A stretch of 64,000 nt of DNA from positions 1,038,570 to 1,102,569 of the forward strand of contig JBNZDD010013727.1 of the NCBI GenBank assembly GCA_050575255.1. Direction: 5' to 3'. The DNA is from Harriotta raleighana (Eukaryota). A program made the position numbers and the translations under genes. This document shows, in pieces, positions 52,648 to 64,000 of the stretch (position 1 is its first letter; every line of letters begins with the position of its first letter). The notes beneath the pieces are model-generated. The model had not been told where the DNA came from. It made no database searches and saw nothing but the letters and a program-made list of their open reading frames with translations.

Positions 52648-52875
52648 CAGGCAGTCCTCAAGTTACGTTAGGGTTAGGTTTCTGAGAAGTGGTGTAAGTC
52701 GAATTTGTATGTAAGTCAAGTCACCCCCCTATAATGCTTACAGTAACATACAGTGATTGGTTGTAGTGTCGTAACTTTGAGACTTTGGATGTAACTCGTA
52801 CGTAATTTTACTGATATTACGCGTCGCAACTTCGAATTGTCGTACTTCGGAATGTCATAACTTGAGAACTGCCTG
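52648..52875. mobile_element. Tigger-like MITE, family B; internal-deletion derivative inverted relative to 48951-49472
   Basis: TIRs CAGGCAGT(C/T)CTCAAGTTA, TA flanks. The left arm is the reverse complement of 49350-49472. Confidence 0.88.
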
Positions 52876-53104
52876 TATAATATTTCTTAGGTAATATGAT
52901 GATGAAACTGAAATCATCGAATTAACTGACCTTGTTAATTTCAGTTAGATTTTCACGGACATACATTTTGACAAATTTATGGTCATTTTGTGCTTTGGAT
53001 GTTCTATCTCCTTATAAAACATTCTTGAAAATGTTTGGGTTCAAGATGGTAGCACTAAACCATTGAATCAGCTTCCCCCCACTTTTCATTGCCAATTCAG
53101 AGAT

Positions 53105-53425
53105 AATACTGTAATCCTTCTATTTGATATAGTGCCTTATCATGTCTTCAGGACATTTCACAGAATATACTGTAAAGTGATTTAACTGTATAGTTGGTGG
53201 GCGAAACGCAGCAGCCAATTGCACTCAGCAGTTTCCTGCCAACAGTCATGGATTAAATGACAATTTTTTTTGTTTTTGGACAAAATTATTACCCCAAATG
53301 CAATCCACAAATCGACTAACAAGCAAGTTCGCACTTCAAGTTAGATAAATAGAGGCATGTGGAGTAAGGAAATTTGCCCAACAAATTGCCTTGTTGGGGA
53401 TCGATTCCAGGTCTCTCGCTTGTGT
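53105..53425 (-). mobile_element. tRNA-Deu-L2 SINE
   Basis: Reverse complement of the family seen at 35499. Confidence 0.75.
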
Positions 53426-53679
53426 CTCTCTCGAATCCAGCGCCCTGGGATGTCCTTCCAACATGAAAGGCACTCTATAAATGTAATTTTGTTGTTGTTG
53501 TGAGGTGAGTGCTCCAATCACTGAGCTGTAGGACTCCACACTCCTCATTAAAATACTGACTTAATGAGGAAACCATTTTTGGAGGGCCAGTTCTAATTTC
53601 ATCATAGCACCATAGAAATTTACAACTCAAAATAGGGCCAATGGGTCCATCATGTCTTTACTGGCTCACATTTTGATTG

Positions 53680-53945
53680 GAGTCCTTTAGATTTGTGGTT
53701 AGAGCACTCGTTTTGCAAGCAGGAGGAATCATTTACCTAGCAGTAAGTAGGACCTCGGTTATTAGTCACTTTTCCGGAGGTAATAAACCCTCAAAAAAGG
53801 AAAAAAAAAACACATCCACTTAACTTGGTCAGTCAATCCACGGCTGTTTGTGGGACACTTCTGTGAGCAATTGGCTGCTGCATTTCACCCACAAAATATA
53901 CAGTCAATTCCCTTTACAATATATTCAGTAAAGTGCTTTGAGACC
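53680..53945 (+). mobile_element. tRNA-Deu-L2 SINE (diverged)
   Basis: gtggttagagcactcg head and tgtttgtgggacac core. Confidence 0.75.
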
Positions 53946-54397
53946 AATGTGCAATTAGAACTGCATCACTACTCCTGGGTGCTTTAGCATGGATTTGCAG
54001 AATTCTTTGAAGGAACTGAAAGATCTGTGGCTCATTAAATGCCTCCTCTTGTGGTAATCTGATACATGTAGCTGCATGTCAGGATCATATATTGTGCTGC
54101 GATTAATCAAATCCAGGTATTCTGGCACATGTGAGCAATAAAACTCCTAACTGGAAAATCCGCTGGGAATTGTTACTGTGTCTGTGCTATAACACAAATA
54201 AACATCAATGATGTTCTATTTAAATCCCAAATGCCTAAGAAATCTGAATGACTACCACAATTTGTACAAATGTCATCTAGCTAATTAAGGAATATCACAA
54301 ATGATTTTGTTGTCTGCTATATGGTGATCACAAAAATTTTATGGGTACTTGGTGCATCACAGACCAGATTGACAAATACTTTAAACAATAGTCTTAC

Positions 54398-54515
54398 CTC
54401 CGATTAAAGTCCTCCTCTTTTCACTGAACTGTAATCCGAAATATTTTATATATCGACTGGAACTTTCATTCAATGTTGTTTTTGCGTGTCCAAAAGCATT
54501 CAAAATGCAACTTAC
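54398..54515 (-). CDS. MYO16: MYO16 switch-I exon, 118 nt ([39 protein letters not shown])
   Basis: Myosin AFGxAKT..N..SSR motif. Polypyrimidine tract plus ttctag|GTA, donor G|gtaaga. Confidence 0.95.
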
Positions 54516-54597
54516 CTAGAACCAGTAAAGAGAAGTTGAAATAGTAAAGAGTCAAAATGAGTACATCAATAGGTTAATCTGTTCCGTTATAATATAT

Positions 54598-54992
54598 TAC
54601 AATAATCTTTGCATTTGACATAGGTCCATATCACATCATTGAGATGTCTCAAAGCGCTTCACAGAATACTGTATAAAGTGGATTGACTATATTTAGTGAG
54701 TGAATGCCGCATTGCACACCATAATGTCCCACAAACCAGTCATGGATTGACTGACCAAATTATTATTAATACTATTTTTTTATCATTATTTTGAGGGGAG
54801 GGATTATTACCCATCTAAAACAATATGCTTATCAACTAATAACAAGGCATTACTAAATACTGCTAGGTAAACAGCGGCGTTTGTGATGGGAGTAAGGAAA
54901 CTAAGGTATCACTGTGCCCACATTAGAATAGAATCAAACCTGAGTTCTCTCGCTTGCTAGGTGGGAGCGTGAACCACTATGCTACAGGATTC
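54598..54992 (-). mobile_element. tRNA-Deu-L2 SINE (diverged)
   Basis: Tail, Deu-like core and tRNA-like head on the minus strand. Confidence 0.7.
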
Positions 54993-55349
54993 AATGTGCC
55001 CTCTTCCACAGTTTATCGCCCCCTTGCTGGTTCACTATGGGGAGAGTAATAAAGAGCTGGGGAGTGTAATAGGTTGATTTGATGGTGCCTCAATTTGCAA
55101 CATCATTATAATGTTCATTCCTGTGGATTAAGTGTTATTCAGCTCTATTTGGTAGATTTTCCAAATTTGTTCCTGTGCACTTCTCTTTTGTAATGTGATT
55201 TTAAATGTTAACAATTAATTATACATCAATGATGCAATCTTATTTATCTGCAAAATTTGTATTAAAGTTGCATTCTGAGCACATAAAGACAACATTCCGA
55301 TAACGTACTGAATGAAGTGATTTAATAGTTAGTGCAAAACGCCAAAGTT

Positions 55350-55588
55350 ACATAGGAACTGGAGTAGGCCATCCAGCCCTTTGAGCCTGTTCTGCTATTT
55401 AATTCGATCATAGCTGATCTGTGCCTCTACTAATCCTTTCAATTCCAATTTCCCGCTTTCTCTCTGTATCCCTTAATACCCTGACCCACTAAACATTTAT
55501 CAACCTCACTCTTGAAGGTGTGGATGGGTCCAGCATCCTTGACCTTTTGGGGAAGAGAATTCCAAATTTTTAATACCCTTTGAGTGAA
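55350..55588 (-). mobile_element. CR1 3' fragment
   Basis: ggagtaggccatccagccctttgagcctg... CR1 3' UTR, as at 29800-29890. Confidence 0.75.
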
Positions 55589-56384
55589 CACGGAGCAGAA
55601 TAACCACTAAATCTCAAATGTCATTTTATTATTATTCCCATAATACATGCATCAATATTCCCATGGTTTTCAGAGATTATCACAAATTTGTCAAACAATG
55701 TACAGTATTTGAAACAGGCCAGAATATCACAAAGCTTGTGCAGAGAGTGAAAACAAAATAAATGCATTGTTTTCATGACTCGGTCCAAAAACAAAATAGC
55801 CTCCACTACGGTTGCCTGTAACCTGTTTACACATTGAAATCACAAAACACATGTAATACCCTAAACACCAAATAGCCCAACAACAACCACAGCAGCAGCA
55901 AAATTACTTTTGTATAGCGCCTTTCACGTCAGGAGAACATCCCAAGGCACTGGACACCCCAGTATAGTTATAATCGAGAAGTAGCATCTCATAACCTGGG
56001 CCAATGGAAAAGTGAGGAAATATTTGTCCACAGTTACAGAGAGATATGTGAATTATGCGGAAAATTGCGGGGAGTGTGGGGGGGGTGGGGTTTGTCTCAT
56101 TTTGCGGGGAGTTGATTGGTGCTATTGAGGTTTCATTTTACTGCCAACCGTANGTGCGGAAAATTGCGGGGGGTGGGGTTTGTCTCATTTTGCGGGGAGT
56201 TGATTGGTGCTATTGAGGTTTCATTTTACTGCCAACCGTAAAAATTAAACATAAGGAAATAATAGATATTAAATTGTTGCAAAAAACGTTAACTGGATGG
56301 CCTTTTTTTGGGGTGGGAAAGAGACACCATCGAGGCTACAGGTTCACCACCTCCTGCCTCTTAAGGCCGCAGGAGAAAACCTCA

Positions 56385-56880
56385 TAGACACACTCACACA
56401 GAGACACATGTAGAGGAAAGAGACACTCACATAGACACTCACAAACACACACATTCATAGATAAGAGAGATACACACTCACATAGACCCTCATAAACAGA
56501 CACTCACACGCAGATATTCAAACATATAGCGAGACAGAGACACACACAGACAGAGAGAAAGACACCCACAAACAGAGACGCACATACACATTCACAAACA
56601 CAGAGAGAGACACATACATTCATAAACAGAGAGAGAGAAACACACACACAGAGAGAGACATACACAAACACAGAGAGAGAGACACACACACATAGATACT
56701 CACAAACACATAGAGACACACACANGAAACACACACAGACACAGAGAGAGACATACACAAACACAGAGAGAGAGACACACACACATAGATACTCACAAAC
56801 ACATAGAGACACACACACACAGACAATCACATGGAGAGACACAAGCAGACGCTCCCAATCACACAAATACACAGGCAATC
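56385..56880. repeat. Compound CA/GA microsatellite
   Basis: Direct inspection. N at 56725 with duplicated flanks. Confidence 0.9.
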
Positions 56881-57164
56881 ACAACAGCGGGGCCTAAGAG
56901 TGAAGCCCATTTGCCACTTTCACCCCACCACGAATGTGACCCACCCACAGTGACCAGGTAACACGCAGTGCTCAGGCAACCAGCGAGTGGCCCGCAGTCC
57001 AGAAATTACACATATACTGTAGTGAGTTTATAGTGGATGCGAGTGTTTATAGCGTATTCCGCAGAAAAAGTGTGGCCACACTTTTCTATTAGCCTAGCTT
57101 CTGACTTAACGCTATACAATTACTGTACATTGAATTACATACATGCATTCGACCCAACTATTGC

Positions 57165-57307
57165 ACAGCACTAGCTGCACAGAATCTCGAAAACATTCCT
57201 TAATTTCCTGTCAGTTTATCTTGGCACTTACATGATTAATCTTTAACTCCAGCATGCATTCAGCTGTCACTGCTCTGCAAGCCAGGTGCTTCACAATGTG
57301 TTTACAG
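57165..57307 (-). pseudogene. Diverged partial duplicate of the P-loop exon 3' part (57232-57306: CKHIVKHLACRAVTAECMLELKINH) with its donor and downstream intron flank
   Basis: Aligns with about 58231-58373. 8 differences in 75 coding nt. CAT|gtaagt donor intact. The P-loop codons and original acceptor are absent. Confidence 0.85.
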
Positions 57308-58297
57308 TGTTCATAGTGTCCCCTCCACATGAGCCTAATTCTCTAAAGTAGCTGTAGAGCTCACAATAGGATCTTATCCTTTGCCACCGCTTCATTCCAA
57401 TGCCAATATTTCTATACTGTATTCATAAATGTGGAACTAAAATTTCTCAAGTGTTTTCAAAGAGTTGAGTATTGAGTCACAGTGTAACACATCACTATCC
57501 ATATACACACGGGCATGTTTTACCATTGTGCTAGAGTAGAAATGTTCTGAAACTTCGAAAGAATTCCAGACTTCCAACATCAATGCAGCTTTATTTCTCA
57601 GAACAACATGTAAGAAATGCAGAAATGTAATCAACGAGCACCATTTATGCTTGCACTCATCCTGCAATATCCTGGGGCTGCCAGAGNTGCAGCTTTATTT
57701 CCCAGAACAACATGTAAGAAATGCAGAAATGTAATCAACGAGCACCATTTATGCTTGCACTCATCCTGCAATATCCTGGGGCTGCCAGAGGGTGAAATAC
57801 ACCCTGTTGACTTTGATGAGCAAAATTGATTTAATTTCACCTCTTCCACTTCACTTGGCCTCTAACGTGACGTTTGAGCCTGAGAATTTCTGCTCTCCAA
57901 AACTGCTTCTGATCATGGAGATCAGTTTAAACCGCATCTCAGTCCTATACAACAGCAACTAAACTCTGCCTCCAGGACTTCTAACCAAACCCATTTCAGT
58001 GGTTGTTCCCAATTTCAAAGAAAGTTTCAATATTTTTTTTCGAAGTAAGCAATGGATCCATTGCACAGAGGTCAGGAGGCATTTCGTTCAGCGATTATTA
58101 AAGACTATTTCATAATCCATTTAATGTGATAATTATCTCATTAAATGTTCAGTGTGTTGAATTTAGTCACAAATAAATTGCGATGACATAGTAGTGAGAT
58201 ACATCTGGTTTGTTTTAAAACTGTACTGTCACTACACTAACTACACAAAATCTCAAGAACATTCTTTAATTTTCCATCAGTTTATCTTGGCACTTAC

Positions 58298-58403
58298 GTG
58301 ATTAATCTTTGCCTCAAGCATGCATTCAGCTGTCACCGCTCTACACACCAGGTGCTTCACAATGTGTTTACAGGCCTCTGTCTTTCCTGATCCACTTTCT
58401 CCA
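58298..58403 (-). CDS. MYO16: MYO16 P-loop exon, 106 nt (GESGSGKTEACKHIVKHLVCRAVTAECMLEAKINH)
   Basis: Walker A GESGSGKT. Acceptor tttacag|T, donor CAC|gtaagt. Confidence 0.95.
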
Positions 58404-59544
58404 CTGTAAAAGAAGAATACATCCATTCTAGTGTCATTGGAGCCTTGTGGGGTGAGGGATTAGAAAGACAACAGGTGCCTAATCTTTTTACCAGCAGAAG
58501 AATCTCAGATGAAAGCACACAAAGCATTAGGTACAATATCCAACAACTTAATCGGGTGAAAATCTTCAACAATTACTTTAACTCCTTCATTGACATCTGA
58601 TTATTGAAGTTTCATCAAAACGCCTGGATAATGAAAGAAACTATGGGCTAAAACTTCCTGTAAGCATTACATATGCTGGTCACGCACAATTATAATGAGA
58701 AATTCCCTAAATGCCAATATTGCTAGAGATGCTAACTCATATGTAACTTGTGGGTCAAATCTAATGTTTTTTCACATTTGATTTAAAGATACTTTGGTGG
58801 GAGGGAGAGAACAAATGAATGATGTGTGTGTTAATATTATGCAGATATTAATATCATGGAGGCTCATGTGGAGGCAGGTTCTGAGGGAGGGAGGTAGGGG
58901 GAGTATGCAGCTGAACCTGCTCCTGTACTCCCCTAAAATTCACACAGTCATTTCAGCTGTAGCCGACGATCGGGAACATGAGCCCTGGCTGATATCTGTC
59001 TTCCCTAGCTCAGGGAACTTAAACTAATTGTAGCACCTCAACTGCTAGCCAAACTGAGGTTAACTAACTCAAATTAACAATTGAACCTCAGATCTTTGTG
59101 ATTTGATGAGGTCAGCATAACTGACTGAGCCATCAGTGTGCTGGCCTTGTTTTTGGGGTGATGTACCTTTCCTCTAGTTCTAGATGTACACATTTGTTAC
59201 AAATTTGTAAATTATAAAGTGTATTTATAATTGTAGAACAGTCAGACAAGATACCACAGTTATAAGAGCTCCTTCTGGCACATAGCAGATAAACAATATT
59301 GACTAAATTGTGCAGATTTTATACCTCAATTGAGGGGTACAATTAATTATTACATTTTGTTTTGAATGTTACAAAATTAAAATATTCCAAAATTAAAATG
59401 TTCAGTCATATACATCTCCAACATTGCAAGTGACTAGAATTCTCAAAGGATAAAAATGAGTAAATACAGTAGAAGAAAAAAAATTGTTCAAAGTGTGGAA
59501 TGCTGGAGGATATTGTTGATAACTAAGAGGGGCATCACACGTAC

Positions 59545-59669
59545 CTGAGGATGAAGCACTGTGATCTCCTTTCCTGCAACATCATGTGATAGGCTTTTTC
59601 AGCACAGGAAAATATGTGTGGTGGCAGGGTGGAGCACAGCCTCCCTGTATTCAGATAAAGTTGAGTGAC
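59545..59669 (-). CDS. MYO16: MYO16 motor-domain exon, 125 nt ([42 protein letters not shown])
   Basis: Myosin PPHIF...AY...Q.xIxS motif. Acceptor ttttctag|GTC, donor AG|gtacgt. Phase 2 matches the next exon. Confidence 0.9.
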
Positions 59670-60099
59670 CTAGAAAATAACAAGATACCATTGATTATTC
59701 TACATTTGCACCACTACCATAAGCAGGTAGGGAGGGTTTTCTGCAGGGACAAGATCAACAACAACAACAACTTTGATTTATATAGCGCCCTCCACGCCGG
59801 ACGGCATCTCAGAGTGCTTCACAATAACAGTTCCCGGGGGTGAGCCAGGGCCAGGGGGAGAAAGGTGACCGAAGGCACGGTCAAAGAGAAAGGTCTTTAG
59901 CTGAGACCCGAAACTGGGAAGAGAGGGAGAGAGGCAAAGGGAGTGAGGAAGGGGGCAAAGGGAATGAGCTTGAGTGCGTTGAAGGGATGAAATTGGGTGG
60001 GCTGAAGGGCCTTCTTCATCCAGAGTAATTCTGTGATGTTGTGATAAGAATGCTGAGAAGAAATAGTGCTGGGGCTGAACTGACTTCAAGGTGATGTTT

Positions 60100-60530
60100 G
60101 GCAACAGAATGTCAGAAACAGGCCAGCTCTTTGTGGTGGTCTCGGTAATCTATTTCTTGAGCCAGGCAAATCCAGAATATTCCAGACTACCGCTGAAACC
60201 ACCACCTCCTGCCTGGCTCATTGGGAGGACTTGGAATGGCAGACTGCTTATTGGGAGCAGGGATTCTTTCCACCGAATTCTGCAAGCCAAAGCCCTAATG
60301 GTGGTCTCAACTAGACAAGTAGCAGTAAAGCTTGCCAAACAGTACTTTTAAAGGCAAGCCATGTTGTTTTAGTTGGGTTAGATTCCTGCAGCAACGCATC
60401 CTGCGGTACAAACCTTTTCCAATGTTCAAGTAATATTCTCTGGAATTAGATAAGGGGATGTGTCCTTCCAGAGAGAGAGTATGCATTCCATCCTGATAAA
60501 TATCTCAGGAATTTCCATGTGTAAATGCAC
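60100..60530 (-). repeat. Unclassified ancient repeat (duplicated at about 62525-62955)
   Basis: Aligns with 1785-1890 + 2640-2723 + 3066-3095 and with 50140-50600. Confidence 0.6.
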
Positions 60531-61020
60531 GGAGCCCTCAGTTTGTTTTGGATATATTCTGCATGTATCAGATGCCTGGCTGACAAAAAAATTAAATGGC
60601 ACTAAAGTGTGAACAAAATAATTCCAATTAGGGACATTTTATCTGCTCTCTAAATGCTTGGCTTAAACTGCCTCTTCTGTTGACTTGGAAATGATGAATA
60701 TAGATTTTCTTGCAGCATAACTTGAATGCTATGAATTGGTGCAGCCTGCAAGTCTAATAAGGGATAATAGTACTTTACAGTGCAGACAAAGTACATGAGT
60801 TCAATAATAATGTAAAAGGCTTCCAGCTAAATGCATCTTTAGTAGTCAGCAGATTGTTAGAAGAATAGGAGAATACAATGTTTAATCAATAAACTGAGAA
60901 TGTATTGAGCTGAGAATGTATTGTATGAGAATGAAGAAGGCTGTTTGAACTTTTACATTGTAGCTTGCTGTTCAACTAAACCATCTATAATTTAATGCAC
61001 TGAATAGTTCCTGTTGCTTT

Positions 61021-61332
61021 ATAATAATAATATAATCCTTGTATTTGATATAGTCCTTTTGCCATTTTATCAATGTCACATAATATACTGTAAAGTGAAT
61101 TGACAGTATATTTGTGGGCAAAACGTGGCAGCCAATTGCACACAGCAGTGTCCCACAAACAGTCGTGGATTGAAGATGACCAATTATATTATTGTGGTTT
61201 TTTTGGAAGGATTATTATTAGACGTGTCGAATAAGGAAACTTGCCCAAGGTTTTGCCCTGATCTGCCTGGATTCGAACCTAGGTCTTCTGCTTGTAAGGC
61301 GAGTGCTCTAACCACTGAGCTACAGGAGCTCC
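61021..61332 (-). mobile_element. Full-length tRNA-Deu-L2 SINE (duplicate at 63446-63757)
   Basis: Reverse complement ggagctcctgtagctcagtggttagagcactcgccttacaagc...ggttcgaatcc with Deu-like core and tail. Confidence 0.9.
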
Positions 61333-61969
61333 ACTAAGTTAAATGNCCTGTGCTCCCCTAAAATTCACACAATCATTTCAGCTGTAGCCGACGATCGGGA
61401 ACATGAGCCCTGGCTGATATCTGTCTTCCCTAGCTCAGGGAACTTAAACTAATTGTAGCACCTCAACTGCTAGCCAAACTGAGGTTAACTAACTCAAATT
61501 AACAATTGAACCTCAGATCTTTGTGATTTGATGAGGTCAGCATAACTGACTGAGCCATCAGTGTGCTGGCCTTGTTTTTGGGGTGATGTACCTTTCCTCT
61601 AGTTCTAGATGTACACATTTGTTACAAATTTGTAAATTATAAAGTGTATTTATAATTGTAGAACAGTCAGACAAGATACCACAGTTATAAGAGCTCCTTC
61701 TGGCACATAGCAGATAAACAATATTGACTAAATTGTGCAGATTTTATACCTCAATTGAGGGGTACAATTAATTATTACATTTTGTTTTGAATGTTACAAA
61801 ATTAAAATATTCCAAAATTAAAATGTTCAGTCATATACATCTCCAACATTGCAAGTGACTAGAATTCTCAAAGGATAAAAATGAGTAAATACAGTAGAAG
61901 AAAAAAAATTGTTCAAAGTGTGGAATGCTGGAGGATATTGTTGATAACTAAGAGGGGCATCACACGTAC

Positions 61970-62094
61970 CTGAGGATGAAGCACTGTGATCTCCTTTCCT
62001 GCAACATCATGTGATAGGCTTTTTCAGCACAGGAAAATATGTGTGGTGGCAGGGTGGAGCACAGCCTCCCTGTATTCAGATAAAGTTGAGTGAC
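61970..62094 (-). CDS. MYO16: MYO16 coding exon, second copy inside a probable false 2.4-kb duplication ([42 protein letters not shown])
   Basis: Identical to the exon at 59545-59669, offset 2425 bp. Boundaries ttctag| and |gtacgt. Only one copy fits the reading frame. Confidence 0.5.
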
Positions 62095-64000
62095 CTAGAA
62101 AATAACAAGATACCATTGATTATTCTACATTTGCACCACTACCATAAGCAGGTAGGGAGGGTTTTCTGCAGGGACAAGATCAACAACAACAACAACTTTG
62201 ATTTATATAGCGCCCTCCACGCCGGACGGCATCTCAGAGTGCTTCACAATAACAGTTCCCGGGGGTGAGCCAGGGCCAGGGGGAGAAAGGTGACCGAAGG
62301 CACGGTCAAAGAGAAAGGTCTTTAGCTGAGACCCGAAACTGGGAAGAGAGGGAGAGAGGCAAAGGGAGTGAGGAAGGGGGCAAAGGGAATGAGCTTGAGT
62401 GCGTTGGAGGGATGAAATTGGGTGGGCTGAAGGGCCTTCTTCATCCAGAGTAATTCTGTGATGTTGTGATAAGAATGCTGAGAAGAAATAGTGCTGGGGC
62501 TGAACTGACTTCAAGGTGATGTTTGGCAACAGAATGTCAGAAACAGGCCAGCTCTTTGTGGTGGTCTCGGTAATCTATTTCTTGAGCCAGGCAAATCCAG
62601 AATATTCCAGACTACCGCTGAAGCCACCACCTCCTGCCTGGCTCATTGGGAGGACTTGGAATGGCAGACTGCTTATTGGGAGCAGGGATTCTTTCCACCG
62701 AATTCTGCAAGCCAAAGCCCTAATGGTGGTCTCAACTAGACAAGTAGCAGTAAAGCTTGCCAAACAGTACTTTTAAAGGCAAGCCATGTTGTTTTAGTTG
62801 GGTTAGATTCCTGCAGCAACGCATCCTGCGGTACAAACCTTTGCCAATGTTCAAGTAATATTCTCTGGAATTAGATAAGGGGATGTGTCCTTCCAGAGAG
62901 AGAGTATGCATTCCATCCTGATAAATATCTCAGGAATTTCCATGTGTAAATGCACGGAGCCCTCAGTTTGTTTTGGATATATTCTGCATGTATCAGATGC
63001 CTGGCTGACAAAAAAATTAAATGGCACTAAAGTGTGAACAAAATAATTCCAATTAGGGACATTTTATCTGCTCTCTAAATGCTTGGCTTAAACTGCCTCT
63101 TCTGTTGACTTGGAAATGATGAATATAGATTTTCTTGCAGCATAACTTGAATGCTATGAATTGGTGCAGCCTGCAAGTCTAATAAGGGATAATAGTACTT
63201 TACAGTGCAGACAAAGTACATGAGTTCAATAATAATGTAAAAGGCTTCCAGCTAAATGCATCTTTAGTAGTCAGCAGATTGTTAGAAGAATAGGAGAATA
63301 CAATGTTTAATCAATAAACTGAGAATGTATTGAGCTGAGAATGTATTGTATGAGAATGAAGAAGGCTGTTTGAACTTTTACATTGTAGCTTGCTGTTCAA
63401 CTAAACCATCTATAATTTAATGCACTGAATAGTTCCTGTTGCTTTATAATAATAATATAATCCTTGTATTTGATATAGTCCTTTTGCCATTTTATCAATG
63501 TCACATAATATACTGTAAAGTGAATTGACAGTATATTTGTGGGCAAAACGTGGCAGCCAATTGCACACAGCAGTGTCCCACAAACAGTCGTGGATTGAAG
63601 ATGACCAATTATATTATTGTGTTTTTTTTGGAAGGATTATTATTAGACGTGTCGAATAAGGAAACTTGCCCAAGGTTTTGCCCTGATCTGCCTGGATTCG
63701 AACCTAGGTCTTCTGCTTGTAAGGCGAGTGCTCTAACCACTGAGCTACAGGAGCTCCACTAAGTTAAATGGACTAACTTTTAGATGGAGAAACAATTAGC
63801 CATTCCTGACCCTGACAAAGATTCACTATAATCCACCTACAGTTTGACATTCAAAGTCATGTATTGTTTGCACAGACGTTAAAATAGATTTGTGTAGCAT
63901 CTCATTTAAAGCGACTCTACCTTCATTACTGGGACGGAAGAAGAGGCTTCACAGTGTCGCAAATTAAATCACCTAAACCTATTATTCAGCAAATAAATTA

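Larger units (their letters stand above)
58922..63770. repeat. 2424-bp near-identical tandem duplicate (58922-61345 / 61347-63770) joined by a single N
   Basis: Offset 2425 bp. I counted about six substitutions. N at 61346. Confidence 0.92.

Noticed and set aside
57585-57790. About 100-bp tandem repeat next to the duplicated P-loop exon fragment
   Set aside because: Joined by N57687, the same artefact class as 18836-18992, 38646-38752, 51125-51312 and 56056-56240.
59545-62094. Mutually exclusive tandem exons in MYO16
   Set aside because: The exon copies are identical inside a near-identical 2.4-kb block joined by a single N. An assembly artefact is much more likely.

Overview
Eukaryotic (vertebrate) genomic DNA, most likely from a cartilaginous fish. 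That assignment is an inference from the repeats: tRNA-Deu-L2 SINEs, shark-type CR1 and L2 LINEs, and a Penelope-type 3' fragment. The whole window lies inside one minus-strand gene, unconventional myosin-XVI (MYO16). I traced 15 consecutive coding exons with GT-AG boundaries and consistent phases (1,910 nt, about 636 codons). They cover the motor domain from just before the P-loop to the SH1 region, and the gene extends beyond both window ends. Introns are filled with L2 and CR1 fragments, tRNA-derived SINEs, two Tc1/mariner (pogo/Tigger-like) MITE families, hAT remnants and microsatellites. The assembly has many single-N joins flanked by near-identical duplicated sequence, including a 2.4-kb duplicate that repeats one exon and is probably an artefact. 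Most notable: (1) the switch-I exon begins AG|GTAAGT and regenerates the upstream donor after splicing, a recursive-splicing candidate; (2) a diverged partial copy of the P-loop exon retains its donor site; (3) this motor keeps a canonical P-loop and the switch-I arginine; (4) a degenerate hammerhead-ribozyme motif; (5) an unclassified ancient repeat in three independent copies. I found no prokaryote-type system and no clearly novel gene.
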